Origin: an uncultured virus (IMG/VR IMGVR_UViG_3300047319_000709)
Lineage: Duplodnaviria > Heunggongvirae > Uroviricota > Caudoviricetes
DNA: 64,000 nt
Strand: one strand, 5' to 3'
IMG/VR virus record: IMGVR_UViG_3300047319_000709
Shown here: positions 9,400 through 19,543 of the stretch, in pieces
Position numbering within the stretch: the stretch's first letter is position 1
Layout of the letters: each line of letters starts with the position of its first letter
Position numbers and translations under genes: made by a program
Notes under the pieces: model-generated
Databases searched by the model: none
Seen by the model: the letters and a program-made list of their open reading frames with translations, nothing else
Told to the model about the DNA's origin: nothing

Positions 9400-9426
9400 A
9401 AAAAAGCCCGCGCTGTGGCGGGCTTC
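9400..9426 (-). terminator. rho-independent terminator after cI
   Basis: AAGCCCG-loop-CGGGCTT stem with a T run on the minus strand. Confidence 0.75.
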
Positions 9427-9462
9427 ATACAACTCGAGTGAGTTTCCAGCTGGTAACTGTCT

Positions 9463-10206
9463 TTAGAAGACCTCGGTTTTGGCCTTCACTACGCCGCAGA
9501 TGGTCGCGTTGCCGTTGACCTCAAAGATACGGTTGGGCCAATTTGGGTTGAGTGCCTTCAGGAATTTCCGGCCGCCCTCAACAATGAGCTGCTTAAACGT
9601 CGCCTCAGACTCATCGTCCAGACGGACAACAACAAGCGATCCGTTCTCGGCGTAAGCATGCGGCTCGACCAATACGAGGTCGCCATCCTTGAAAGAGCGC
9701 TTGCCAGTCGGGTCGTACATGCTCTCGCCGCACACGCGCAACCAGTAAGAGCTCTTAGATACCTTTACCGGCGCTTCGATCCATTGCTCCGCGTCTCCCG
9801 GTGCAAAATTGTCCACGATTCGTTCCCAGGCTCCAGCCTGAACCCAAGAGATCAACGGGTACGGTCCCGTCCCTTCAGGTCCTGGCTCAGTGTTATTCGT
9901 ACCGATGTTATCGCCCGCTATGTGGGTCGAACCGGTAATCATGCCCGAGATTTGACGCTTAATCGACTCATCAGCAGTCGCTGAAATGTGCGCTGGAGTT
10001 GCAGCACCGGAGAGCAACTCATCGACCCCGCACTGGAGCGCGTCCGCGATTTCCCGGACCCGCGCCACTGGCGCCCCGCCCCTCTTCTTCCAATTTGTAA
10101 TCGTGTTAGTCCCCGTCCTCAGTTGGACTGCCAACCACGCCTGATTTTTGCCGAGCGCTGTCAATTTTTCGTCGATGACAGGCCACGGAATATTCGTTGT
10201 TTCCAT
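9463..10206 (-). CDS. cI: CI-like repressor (HTH plus S24 autopeptidase)
   Basis: N-terminal HTH; PLISWVQAG, GESM, ATFKQL motifs; divergent from cro. Confidence 0.92.
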   Translation of the reverse strand: METTNIPWPVIDEKLTALGKNQAWLAVQLRTGTNTITNWKKRGGAPVARVREIADALQCGVDELLSGAATPAHISATADESIKRQISGMITGSTHIAGDNIGTNNTEPGPEGTGPYPLISWVQAGAWERIVDNFAPGDAEQWIEAPVKVSKSSYWLRVCGESMYDPTGKRSFKDGDLVLVEPHAYAENGSLVVVRLDDESEATFKQLIVEGGRKFLKALNPNWPNRIFEVNGNATICGVVKAKTEVF

Positions 10207-10224
10207 GGGCGAAGCGTACCCGTT

Positions 10225-10294
10225 CACACACGCATTGTGACTCACAACGTGAACTCACAAAGTGATTGCAAAAAACTCACATTGCGTGTATCTT
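10225..10294 (+). promoter_or_regulatory. pR promoter and OR operators
   Basis: TTGCAA-17-TATCTT (10266-10294); AAACTCACATTGCGTGTA operator; several further ACTCACA half-sites. Confidence 0.7.
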
Positions 10295-10301
10295 TGTGAG
10301 C

Positions 10302-10592
10302 ATGACGAAGACACCTAACCCACACCCCGGCGCACCAGCCCTTCGCGAGGCGATCGAGAAGGCGGGCGGAATGACGAAACTCGCCGAATTGCTCGGCGAG
10401 GGAACGAAATCCCAGACGATCGCCAACTGGATGACGCGGGGTGTTCCGCTCGAGCGCTGCGTCCTCATCGAGAAGGTTACAGGAGTTAAGTGCGAAGACC
10501 TTAATCCGGAGATCGACTGGAAGACGATGCGCGAGGTTTTGTGTTCGCCCGCCCGCATTACCGGCGGGAGGTCGGCTAGAAAAACCAAATAA
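10302..10592 (+). CDS. cro: Cro-like (YdaS-family) HTH regulator
   Basis: GGMTKLAELL...QTIANW...VPLERCVLIEKVTGV..EDLNP; divergent from cI. Confidence 0.85.
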   Translation: MTKTPNPHPGAPALREAIEKAGGMTKLAELLGEGTKSQTIANWMTRGVPLERCVLIEKVTGVKCEDLNPEIDWKTMREVLCSPARITGGRSARKTK

Positions 10593-10790
10593 AGCAGGAT
10601 GCACAACATATAACAGGCCATCACCCCTCATCACGAGGGGTGCACAAAACAGTGGCTTAAGGAGTTGGGGGTGATTGTTCATCAGAGAGTCTTCGAATTT
10701 TTTGCGTCAACTAGATGCAAAAAATTTTCCCTCTCGATCAACCGGTTTCGCAACCGGGAACCGATGAATCTTTCACTAGGGAGCTTCGAA

Positions 10791-11135
10791 ATGGACGACC
10801 TGCATTTGTTTGGAGGTGTGGTAAGGGCGCCGGAGTTTCTGCCGGCTGAGGTTATCGCGGAATGCCGTACGTACCGCGAGGCAGTGAGGATGGCTTGGGC
10901 GCATCGCAGAATCAAAGCGATGACACAGCGAAGCCTGGCAGAGCGCACTGAGTGCTATCCGTCGCATGTGTCGGATTACCTGCACCCAGACGACAAGCCG
11001 GCTCGGCGTAGTTTGCCAGCAGACAAGGTGAGCGCGTTTTGTGGGGCAGTAGGAAATTGGGGCGTCCAGCAGTGGCTGAATCGACAAAGCCGCTTGACGA
11101 TCATGGAAGAAGTTATTGCGCAGAGGGCAGCATGA
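10791..11135 (+). CDS. CII-like HTH regulator
   Basis: HTH (MTQRSLAE...PSHVSDYL); position after cro. Confidence 0.6.
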   Translation: MDDLHLFGGVVRAPEFLPAEVIAECRTYREAVRMAWAHRRIKAMTQRSLAERTECYPSHVSDYLHPDDKPARRSLPADKVSAFCGAVGNWGVQQWLNRQSRLTIMEEVIAQRAA

Positions 11136-11305
11136 ACCTCCATCAACACGACGAATACCAGCGTGCCCAATGGGATGCATATCAGGCCCGCCAGAACGTT
11201 TCCCTGAAGGACCGCGTAATGGCATCGCCCGTCACGTTCGGGATCTGTCTGGCGGTGCTGTGTGCGCTGCCGGTGGTGGCTGTGATTGTTTGTCTTAGGG
11301 GTTGA
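11132..11305 (+). CDS. small membrane protein
   Basis: C-terminal TM helix; coupled start. Confidence 0.55.
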   Translation: MNLHQHDEYQRAQWDAYQARQNVSLKDRVMASPVTFGICLAVLCALPVVAVIVCLRG

Positions 11306-11306
11306 G

Positions 11307-11528
11307 ATGAAGCGTTTCTCAAGGGCAGAGACAAGCCTCTCCAAGGCAATCGCTGCGATCAAGGTGCCGACTGACGTATTTCCGATCGCCGATCCGGATC
11401 TCGCAGCGCTTTCAGAACTGCTGCATCGCATGCAGATGTGCCAGGAAGACACGCCAGCAACGCGGATGGCTGGTGAGGCTATCCGGAGACTGCGGTCTTA
11501 TTTGTTGAAGGTTGGTGCTCAAAGATGA
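11307..11528 (+). CDS. hypothetical protein
   Basis: ORF within the operon. Confidence 0.5.
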   Translation: MKRFSRAETSLSKAIAAIKVPTDVFPIADPDLAALSELLHRMQMCQEDTPATRMAGEAIRRLRSYLLKVGAQR

Positions 11529-11632
11529 GAACGGCGCTCAAGAGATCGCTGATGTGGCTTGTGTGCCGCGCTATGTGGCTCAAGCCGGTGGTCGACTGGG
11601 CTTTTAAGTTGTTTGACCTGAAGGGGCTGTGA

Positions 11633-12316
11633 GTGGCCGGGGATTGGATCAAGATGAGAATTGCTTTGGCGGATGATCCCGCAGTCATTTCTATTGCTGC
11701 ACGTCTGTCGGTCGACGAGTTCACCGTGGTGGGCATGTTGCATCACCTCTGGGGATGGGCTGATACGCAGTCACGCGATGGTCACGCTCCCGGCGTGACA
11801 AATGTCTGGATAGATCGGTACGTTCGTCACGTCGGATTCGCCGAAGCGATGGTTTCCGTTGGGTGGCTGGAGATAGACGAGTCCGGCGTGACATTCCCGA
11901 ACTTCGACAGACACAACGGCGAAAGCGCCAAGGCGCGGGGCTTAGCTGCAGAAAGAAAGAGAAACCAGAGAAGCAGAGTCACGGAAGAAGATGGACAAAT
12001 GTCACGCAGTGAGCGTGACACAAGCGTGACCAGAGAAGAGAAGAGAAGAGAAGATATAAAAGCAGAGACGCAACGCGCTACGCGGTTGCCTGCCGACTGG
12101 CACCCAACGGGTGAAGATATTGAGTTCTGCGAATCAGAGAGACCGGATCTGGATGTCCAAAGCGTGGCGGAACAGTTTCGCGATTACTGGATCGCACAGG
12201 GTGGCGCAAAGGGTCGCAAGGTGGATTGGCCGGCGACTTGGCGGAATTGGGTAAGAAACCAGAGGCGCGGTCAACAGAACGGACAACAAGGAAATACGGG
12301 CGGGCTTGTACTGTGA
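11633..12316 (+). CDS. replication initiator (lambda O-like)
   Basis: MAGDWIKMR N-terminus, FPNFDRHNG, C-terminal FRDYW...DWPATWRNW. Confidence 0.8.
   Translation: MAGDWIKMRIALADDPAVISIAARLSVDEFTVVGMLHHLWGWADTQSRDGHAPGVTNVWIDRYVRHVGFAEAMVSVGWLEIDESGVTFPNFDRHNGESAKARGLAAERKRNQRSRVTEEDGQMSRSERDTSVTREEKRREDIKAETQRATRLPADWHPTGEDIEFCESERPDLDVQSVAEQFRDYWIAQGGAKGRKVDWPATWRNWVRNQRRGQQNGQQGNTGGLVL
11770..12060. repeat. putative origin: GTCACG/CGTGAC iterons plus AG-rich tract inside the initiator gene
   Basis: Nine hexamer copies at 11770, 11781, 11794, 11826, 11887, 11978, 12001, 12014, 12025, then (AGAGA)n at 12032-12054. Confidence 0.55.
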
Positions 12317-14046
12317 AGACCTTCATTGATTTCGGAATCGACCTGGGCAGCAAGAGCGGCATCGAAGTTAAAACGACATGCCCGCAATGCTCGCCCGGTC
12401 GGAAGAAAAAGAACTATCCATGCCTCAACGTCAACACCGAACAAGGCGTTTGGAACTGCTGGCACTGCGGCTGGAGTGGCACGCTGAAGGGCGGCGAATG
12501 GCAGAAGCCGGAAGTGCGCAAGGTCTACACGAGACCCGCATTCGCTGCGCCGGCGCAAGTTCCTGACGGAACCGTCGCATGGTTCAGGACGCGTGGCATC
12601 GATGCTGCGGCTCTTGAGCGGAACAAGATCGCTAAGGGTTCGACTTACTTTCCCCAAGTCGAGGAAGAGCGGGACTGCATCATGTTCCCGTACTACCGCG
12701 GCGAAGAAGTCGTCAACATCAAGTACCGCAGCAAAGACAAGATGTTCCGCATGGCATCCGGCGCTGAGCGCATCCTGTACGGCATTAACGACATAGACCC
12801 CGAAGGACTGATATGGGTCGAGGGCGAAATCGACAAGCTGTCGGTCGAGATGGCCGGCCTGACGAGTTGCGTCTCTGTGCCAGATGGCGCCCCGGCCGCC
12901 GACTCAAAGTCGTACAGCAACAAATTCGACTTTCTCGCTGAGAAGGCTCTCGAGGATGTGAAGGTGCACATCATCGCCGTCGACAACGACGAGCCGGGCG
13001 TGCGCCTTCAGGAAGAGTTGGTGCGCCGCCTCGGTCGCGAGAAATGTCTGATTGTCGTGTGGCCGGAACACTGCAAAGACGCCAACGAGGTTTTGCTGAC
13101 GCATGGCCCAGACGTCCTGCTCGACTGCATCAAGAACGCCCGTGCGTTGCCGATTGAAGGCACATACAGCGTCAACGACATTATCGAATCGATCTTCAAC
13201 GACTACGAATACGGCCCCGAACGCGGCGTGTCGACGAGCTGGGCAGAAATGGACGACACGTATCGCGTCATGACCGGCGAATGGACGCTCGTAACGGGCA
13301 TCCCTGGGCATGGCAAATCGGAGTGGTTGGACGCCCTAGCCCTGAATCTGGCGAACCACTACGGCTGGAATTTTGGGATTTTCTCGCCGGAAAATCAGCC
13401 GCTCAAGTACCACGTCGAGAAGATGGCGGAAAAGTTCGTCGGCAAGCCATTCATGGAAGGGTTCACGGATCGTATGTCGTTCAAGGAGATGAGCGAAGCG
13501 CTGAAGTTCATCAACGATCACTTCCATTTCATGCTGCCCGACTACCCCACTGTCGACGGCCTGCTCGAGATATCTCAACAACTGGTCTTTCGCCACGGCA
13601 TCCGGGGTTTGATTATCGACCCATGGAACGAGATCAATCCGGCCCGCGACGGCAACGTTACTGAGACGGATTACATCAGCCAGGCGCTGACGAAGATCCG
13701 CACGTTTGCGCGCAAGAATCAGGTGCACGTCTGGCTGGTCGCTCACCCGACCAAGTTGCAGAAAGACAAGACAAGCGGCGCTTACCCGGTCCCAACGCCG
13801 TATGACGTTAGCGGGTCGGCTCACTGGAGAAACAAGGCCGATAACTGCATCACGGTCTATCGGGACGTTGTACAGACCGGATCGCCCGTCCAGGTGCATG
13901 TGCAGAAGGTCCGCAAAAAGACTAACGGCAAGGTTGGCATGGTGGAGTTCGTTTATGAACACATTTGCGGGCGCTACCAGCCGTACAAAAAGAGCGTCCT
14001 GCCGAACACGTACAACATGCACCACCGCAAGAAGGAGGCCGCATGA
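12313..14046 (+). CDS. primase-helicase (Zn-binding, TOPRIM, SF4 helicase; T7 gp4/Twinkle-like)
   Basis: CPQC...CWHC; VEGEID, DND TOPRIM; GIPGHGKS Walker A; IIDPWN; VAHP. Confidence 0.9.
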   Translation: MKTFIDFGIDLGSKSGIEVKTTCPQCSPGRKKKNYPCLNVNTEQGVWNCWHCGWSGTLKGGEWQKPEVRKVYTRPAFAAPAQVPDGTVAWFRTRGIDAAALERNKIAKGSTYFPQVEEERDCIMFPYYRGEEVVNIKYRSKDKMFRMASGAERILYGINDIDPEGLIWVEGEIDKLSVEMAGLTSCVSVPDGAPAADSKSYSNKFDFLAEKALEDVKVHIIAVDNDEPGVRLQEELVRRLGREKCLIVVWPEHCKDANEVLLTHGPDVLLDCIKNARALPIEGTYSVNDIIESIFNDYEYGPERGVSTSWAEMDDTYRVMTGEWTLVTGIPGHGKSEWLDALALNLANHYGWNFGIFSPENQPLKYHVEKMAEKFVGKPFMEGFTDRMSFKEMSEALKFINDHFHFMLPDYPTVDGLLEISQQLVFRHGIRGLIIDPWNEINPARDGNVTETDYISQALTKIRTFARKNQVHVWLVAHPTKLQKDKTSGAYPVPTPYDVSGSAHWRNKADNCITVYRDVVQTGSPVQVHVQKVRKKTNGKVGMVEFVYEHICGRYQPYKKSVLPNTYNMHHRKKEAA

Positions 14047-14414
14047 GCATTGACGATCTGATCGCAGACATTCGAGCCACGTTTCCGGGGGTCAAGGCGA
14101 TGAAGCGGGAATCATGCACTGGAGGCGAACGCTGGATGATTGGCGCCGAACAGGCCACGTCATTTCCAGACGGGTTGTCCGTCTTCTGCGACTGCGCCGG
14201 ATGCTTCGAATCGGGCAGCCACGACGGCGGCGTTCACTTGGCTTTTGCTGCTTGGATTGAAAACCGAGGCTTTTATCTAGAGCGTGAGGACGAGTTCTGG
14301 TTTGTGCCGACGGGTCTGCCTGTCGCAGAAGAGATAGCTGAGTGGCACGCGGCATATGCAATCGCACACGTTAGGCAGGCGGCCGATCCCAACGATGACG
14401 GGCTGCCTTTCTGA
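14043..14414 (+). CDS. hypothetical protein
   Basis: GGAGG RBS; coupled start; ends DDGLPF. Confidence 0.6.
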   Translation: MSIDDLIADIRATFPGVKAMKRESCTGGERWMIGAEQATSFPDGLSVFCDCAGCFESGSHDGGVHLAFAAWIENRGFYLEREDEFWFVPTGLPVAEEIAEWHAAYAIAHVRQAADPNDDGLPF

Positions 14415-14592
14415 TGATTAACGATCTGCAGCGCTTAACAGAGCTTGTCGAAGAAGTCTCCGAAAAGCCGCTCGAATGGCGAAGACGATACCTGAAAGAC
14501 ATGGAAACGGCATTCGGCGAAGCGGCAAGTGAGCAGATAAAGGCAGCACTTATGGCTGCGTGGGCTAAGAGAAAACGGTAAGGGGTGACGGG

Positions 14593-15321
14593 ATGAGTGA
14601 AAGAACTGAAACTGGACTGAATAGTACAACTAAGCGCATGCCGTGGTCTCGGACAGACGTCGCCAGGCTCGAGCGCGAATACCCAAACGCGCTGACGCGG
14701 ACGCTGGCGGAACAGATGGGGCGCACCGAGCGCAGCGTCTACCAGATGGCCGAAAAACTCGGCGTGAAGAAGTCGGCGGAGTACTTCGCGAGCGTCGACA
14801 GCGGACGCATCCAGCGTGGGCGCACCGATCCGCGCATGCAGGCGACGCAGTTCAAGCGCGGTCAGAAGGCTTGGAACGAAGGGATGAAGGGCCTGTGCGG
14901 AACGCATGAGAACTGCCGCCGCACGCAATTTAAGGCAGGACGCCCAGCGTCGGAGTCAGTGAACTACCTGCCAATCGGGTCGGAGCGTATCAGCAAGGAC
15001 GGCTATCTCGAGCGCAAGGTCACCGACGACCCAAGCATTCTGCCTGCGCGTCGCTGGGTCGGCGTGCATCGGATCGTGTGGGAGTCGGCTAACGGTGTAA
15101 TCCCGCGTGGGCACGTCGTCGTCTTCAGGCCCGGGCGCAAAACCGCAGATGCAGCACTGATCACCCTTGATGGGCTCGAGTGCATCAGCCGCGCTGAGCT
15201 CGCACGTCGAAACCATCCCGTTTCGCGCTCTCCTGAGCTCGCCAAACTCGTTCAACTCAAAGGCGCCATCACTCGCCAGATTAACCGCATCGCCCGCGAG
15301 GCGAAGGAGAAGCAGTCGTGA
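14593..15321 (+). CDS. HNH endonuclease-domain protein
   Basis: FKRGQKAWN, PIGSERISKDGY, HRIVWE...G.IP.GH motifs. Confidence 0.8.
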   Translation: MSERTETGLNSTTKRMPWSRTDVARLEREYPNALTRTLAEQMGRTERSVYQMAEKLGVKKSAEYFASVDSGRIQRGRTDPRMQATQFKRGQKAWNEGMKGLCGTHENCRRTQFKAGRPASESVNYLPIGSERISKDGYLERKVTDDPSILPARRWVGVHRIVWESANGVIPRGHVVVFRPGRKTADAALITLDGLECISRAELARRNHPVSRSPELAKLVQLKGAITRQINRIAREAKEKQS

Positions 15322-15575
15322 GCAACAACATCACTACGGTCCGTCAGCATCTTCTCGACACGCTGGCCGATCTTCGCAGCAGAGATAACCCCATGGATAT
15401 TGATCGCGCCCGCGCTGTGGCCGACGTCGCGCGAGTGCTGGTCGACAGCGCCAAGGTAGAAGTCGATTTCATCAAGGCATCGGGCACGGATGGCTCGGGC
15501 TTCCTGGAATCGGGTGAATCCGTCGATCAATTGCCAAGTGGCATCACCGGCATTCGCCGGCACATGATCAAGTGA
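15318..15575 (+). CDS. conserved phage hypothetical protein
   Basis: DRARAVADVA..SAKVEV motif; coupled to the HNH gene. Confidence 0.7.
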   Translation: MSNNITTVRQHLLDTLADLRSRDNPMDIDRARAVADVARVLVDSAKVEVDFIKASGTDGSGFLESGESVDQLPSGITGIRRHMIK

Positions 15576-16144
15576 GGTGCGTGATGCGCATGATCGTTAC
15601 TCAAATCCGTTCTATCCGGACCGCAATCGACCTGCTCAATAGTTGCGGCCCGTTGACCCTCATCCAGTTGTCGAGGCTGGCGAAGCATCCCAACCCGCAC
15701 CGCCTGAGCAAATACCTGATCGAGAACGGCTATGCCGGCCTCCTTCCGACGTACCCGGTCAAGCTCGTTCCCACTGGCCGCGCGTTTGAAATGCCGGAAC
15801 TGACCAAAACGATGGTTGACGTTCTCGACGCGCTCAATCGGATCGGGCCAGCTACCTCCGCCGAGCTCGCCAAAGAAGTCGGTCGCACGCGCGAGACGGT
15901 CGATAGCTTCCTTCGCCAAGGCAAGGAAATGCAGTTGTGTCATGTGAGCGGAGACCGTCAAAGCGAGTTCGCAAAGAACATGCGCATCTACGTATGGACA
16001 GCCGGTCCGGGCGAGAACTTCGTTCGTGAGAAGCGGGCGCCGGCAAAACCGAAAAAGTTGCGCGCGCCCTCCACCACTGTAATGACAAGCGCACGTCCGG
16101 ATGCGCTGACGCAGGCTTTCTTTGCTATGAGGGCTGCAGCATGA
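15572..16144 (+). CDS. winged-helix DNA-binding protein
   Basis: GPATSAELAKEVG HTH. Confidence 0.6.
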   Translation: MRCVMRMIVTQIRSIRTAIDLLNSCGPLTLIQLSRLAKHPNPHRLSKYLIENGYAGLLPTYPVKLVPTGRAFEMPELTKTMVDVLDALNRIGPATSAELAKEVGRTRETVDSFLRQGKEMQLCHVSGDRQSEFAKNMRIYVWTAGPGENFVREKRAPAKPKKLRAPSTTVMTSARPDALTQAFFAMRAAA

Positions 16145-16536
16145 GCCGCGAGCACAGACCTAATGAAGCTCGGCGTGCCCAAATCATCACCGCCATGAAG
16201 ACGAACGGTCCGATGACCATCGCCTCCCTTGCGGCCCAGCTCAATTGGGGCAAGGAGTCGATTCGCACCGAATTGTTGGGCGGCTCTGGCGTCCTGTTCG
16301 AAGAGGTCGTTGGGATCGGGCGTGGAGCGAGGGCGGGATCGACACCGCGCCTGTTTTATCTGACAGCCGAAGCGCTAGGCGTCACCGACGAGGAATACGA
16401 CAGGCTGTCGGACCAGCTCTTTCAGGACGACGGCGAATGGTTCCCCAAAGCGGATGCGCTGGTTGTGCGGACGATTGATGCAATGGTTCGCGCCGGCCGA
16501 AACGTCCTGACCAATTCACCAATGGAGGCCGCATGA
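16141..16536 (+). CDS. winged-helix protein
   Basis: GPMTIASLAAQL HTH; coupled. Confidence 0.6.
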   Translation: MSREHRPNEARRAQIITAMKTNGPMTIASLAAQLNWGKESIRTELLGGSGVLFEEVVGIGRGARAGSTPRLFYLTAEALGVTDEEYDRLSDQLFQDDGEWFPKADALVVRTIDAMVRAGRNVLTNSPMEAA

Positions 16537-16715
16537 GGACCGATCTGAAAGAGCCGACCCAACTAGTCGCAGGGATGAGCCACAAGGAAATGCTCGAGAT
16601 TATGGCCGCGAACAACATCTTCTGCGGGACCGACAAGTTCGCCCGCATCCTGATTGACGCACAGCGCCGCGCTCTGGCGGCACAAGCACAACCGGAGCCA
16701 ACCAATGGTGACTGA
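16533..16715 (+). CDS. hypothetical protein
   Basis: Coupled ORF with GGAGG RBS. Confidence 0.5.
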   Translation: MRTDLKEPTQLVAGMSHKEMLEIMAANNIFCGTDKFARILIDAQRRALAAQAQPEPTNGD

Positions 16716-17065
16716 CTGGTATCCGCCGCATCAGAAGCCTGTTCGCATCGGCTGGTTCGAAGCCTGCATTTTCGACGCCGGCTGGCTCTATGAATGGCGC
16801 GTGTGGTGGGACGGAAAAGTGTGGCGGGAAAAAGAAGGCGGACTAAGCCTTATCGATCAAAACCTCACCTGGAGAGGGCAAACAGAATGACAAACAGTGC
16901 TGAATACGTAGTGAAAGTCGGAGCCCTTGCCCGCAAGGTAGAGGAAGCGAGCGCGCAAGGTTTCCGGACGAAAGCCTCAATGGAACTGCTCTACGCGCTC
17001 GAAGCTGCAATGGATGCTCTGATGTCGACGGCTACGGCGGAGTATCTGGCTAGTGAGGTGAAGGC

Positions 17066-17344
17066 GTGAGCGACGGAATCAAAAAGCTCGAGAAAGAGCG
17101 TGATTACTGGATGCGCGTCGCGTCCTACCTGGCGTCCTGTCATGCGGCCACGCTTAGCTATGAAGGGACCCTGAAGCGTACCTCCCGGACAAGCCGGGAA
17201 CGCCTTGAGAGCATCGTACGGTTGTGCGATGACTTCATGGTTGGCTATGACGGCAATGCCGGTAGCGGATACATCTACTCGACTCCAGAGAAGGCAAAGG
17301 AATTCTGCGCTTTTGCGCTGCGGGACATAGCGGAGGTCAAATGA
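17066..17344 (+). CDS. hypothetical protein
   Basis: Coupled ORF. Confidence 0.55.
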   Translation: MSDGIKKLEKERDYWMRVASYLASCHAATLSYEGTLKRTSRTSRERLESIVRLCDDFMVGYDGNAGSGYIYSTPEKAKEFCAFALRDIAEVK

Positions 17345-17763
17345 GCGGCGACAGACAAGTTTTCCGCCTCGTTCACGCCACAGCACGCCAGATGGCATCG
17401 CGGGCCTGTATTCAGGCTCCGGATGGTTACGTGGTCGAGATCAAACCGCGCACTCGCTCGCTGGACCAGAACGCAAAGATGTGGGCGATGCTCGCCGACC
17501 TCTCGCGCCAGATCGAATGGTATGGCCAGAGTCTGACTTCCGACGAGTGGAAAGACGTTCTGACAGCGGCACTGAAAAAGCAGAAGGCCGTTCCTGGTAT
17601 CGACGGCGGATTCGTTGTCATCGGTGCGCGCACGCGGAACATGACGATTCGCGAGATGAGCGATTTGGTTGAGCTTATGTATGCGTTCGGCGCTGAGCGG
17701 GATGTGAAGTGGACCGACCCGGCGCCGCAGGGATATGAAGAACTGGCGCGAGGTGTCGCATGA
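17341..17763 (+). CDS. ninB: NinB-family recombination protein
   Basis: RSLDQNAKMWAML..., EWKD, VPGIDGG, M...EMSDLVE. Confidence 0.9.
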   Translation: MSGDRQVFRLVHATARQMASRACIQAPDGYVVEIKPRTRSLDQNAKMWAMLADLSRQIEWYGQSLTSDEWKDVLTAALKKQKAVPGIDGGFVVIGARTRNMTIREMSDLVELMYAFGAERDVKWTDPAPQGYEELARGVA

Positions 17764-17887
17764 AGCAAAGCCAGTTTCTCTCGCTGTGCGTCGTCATCAT
17801 CGCAGCGCCGCACTGCTCATGGGAAATCATGCGATGGGTAAGTGCAGCCGCTCTGCTGGCGTCTTGGGTTCTAGCGTGGAGGGAAGC

Positions 17888-18481
17888 TTGATCCGCACTT
17901 CCATCCCCGTAAAGAAGGCACTGAAGCCGCGCCGTTGCAGGTCGTGCGGCAACTCCTTTCAGCCGATCAGCAGTATGTCCAAAGCTTGCTCGGTGCCCTG
18001 CGCCCTTGACCTCGTTCGTCAGGCCAACGCTCGCAAGGAAGCCAGAGCCAAGCGCGAGGAACGTGCGGCTACTCGGGTGGCGAAGGAGAAGGTCAAGACT
18101 CGCGGCACTCACCTGAAGGAACTGCAGGCGGCGTTCAATGCTTGGATCAGGATGCGGGACGCTGGCTTGCCGTGCATCTCATGCGGGCGCCCGGCGTCAT
18201 GGCAGGGTCAATGGGATGCCGGACATTACATGAGTCGCGGATCGTCGCCGGCCTTGAGGTTCGACCCAGCCAACGTCCATAAACAATGTCTTCCGTGCAA
18301 CCGCCACCAGTCGGGGTTTCTCGTTGCATACCGCGTGAACCTGGTGAAGAAGATCGGCCTAGCCGAGGTCGAGCGCCTTGAAGGCCCTCACCTCCCGTTA
18401 AAGCTCACCATACCGGAGATTCAAGAGATGAAAGCGTTCTACAGGGCCGAAGTCCGGCGACTCAAGCGGGAGGCAGCGTGA
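17888..18481 (+). CDS. ninG: NinG/Rap recombination endonuclease
   Basis: RDAGLPCISCG, WDAGHY, LRFD..NVHKQC..CN motifs; TTG start inferred. Confidence 0.88.
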   Translation: MIRTSIPVKKALKPRRCRSCGNSFQPISSMSKACSVPCALDLVRQANARKEARAKREERAATRVAKEKVKTRGTHLKELQAAFNAWIRMRDAGLPCISCGRPASWQGQWDAGHYMSRGSSPALRFDPANVHKQCLPCNRHQSGFLVAYRVNLVKKIGLAEVERLEGPHLPLKLTIPEIQEMKAFYRAEVRRLKREAA

Positions 18482-18765
18482 GCAAGGAATACAACATTAG
18501 CTCGATCAAAGACTTCCTGTCTATTCCTGTCGAATCGCTCGACGCATGCCTCGCGGACTTCAGGGCATGGGTCGAGTTGGCGAGAGGCGGTAGCGAACTC
18601 GCCAACGACCTGAACGATTTTCTCGGCGTTCCGAATGCCACTACCTTCATGCTCGACAGTTTCATTTGGATAGATGACGGCATCTCGGGAATTTCTCGGG
18701 TGCAGTTGAGTGACGCTGCTGGAGATGAAAGGGCGCGAATTTCCTTTGAGGATGTAGCCAAATGA
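18478..18765 (+). CDS. hypothetical protein
   Basis: Coupled ORF. Confidence 0.6.
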   Translation: MSKEYNISSIKDFLSIPVESLDACLADFRAWVELARGGSELANDLNDFLGVPNATTFMLDSFIWIDDGISGISRVQLSDAAGDERARISFEDVAK

Positions 18766-19157
18766 CCAAACCCCAACGATACGGCGCATCAGCCGCTCCC
18801 CGCGATGACGGCATTTTTTGTCTCTACGCGGAGTATGAAAAGGTTCTCGCGGAGTGTGAGCGGTTGCGCGTTGATAACGCAAAGCTTCTGCGCAGCGGTC
18901 AGATGATGAGCACGATCATGCATAACAACACGGTCGCGATGCAGGCTGCCTGGATCGAGTGGCAGCACGGCGAAGGCGCTGAGGGCGCGATGGAATGGAT
19001 TGAGAACACGCTCGAAGGACCCGGCCTTATTCCGGAAGACGAGGAGCCGCATGCAACAGAGGCTCAAGCCTACTTCGACGCCAATAAGAGCGACCGCATG
19101 TATGACCCTGCTCTCGATGTCGCTATCGACGCAGCACGCGCAAAGGAGCAGCCATGA
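18762..19157 (+). CDS. hypothetical protein
   Basis: Coupled ORF. Confidence 0.6.
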   Translation: MTKPQRYGASAAPRDDGIFCLYAEYEKVLAECERLRVDNAKLLRSGQMMSTIMHNNTVAMQAAWIEWQHGEGAEGAMEWIENTLEGPGLIPEDEEPHATEAQAYFDANKSDRMYDPALDVAIDAARAKEQP

Positions 19158-19543
19158 TCGACATCGACGCATTGGGAAAGCTGGCGAAGGATGCGGTCGC
19201 TCGTGGTGAAGAAATCGGCGAGGAGGCTTGGTACTCGGAAGAAGAATTTGCCTGCAACATGCTGATGCACCCCGATGACGCCGCGTATGCCGAGGCCGCG
19301 ACGCCAGACGTTCTTCTCGCCCTTATCGCCGAGGTGCGGGCGTTGCGGGCGAAGCTGGAGACGCCGATTTTCACCGCCGGCCCATATGGCGAGGGCCTTC
19401 TCGGCTTAGAAGGGGCTAATCCCATCACCGCGATACAGGTCTTCATGCATACCCCATGGCCCGTCACAGTTTTCTATGGCGACAAGAAAATTTACACGAG
19501 CATGGCGGCGTTCCTAGAAGCGCATCCGGAGAAACAACCATGA
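19154..19543 (+). CDS. Ead/Ea22-like protein
   Basis: DAAYAEAATPDVLLALIAEV motif. Confidence 0.6.
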   Translation: MIDIDALGKLAKDAVARGEEIGEEAWYSEEEFACNMLMHPDDAAYAEAATPDVLLALIAEVRALRAKLETPIFTAGPYGEGLLGLEGANPITAIQVFMHTPWPVTVFYGDKKIYTSMAAFLEAHPEKQP

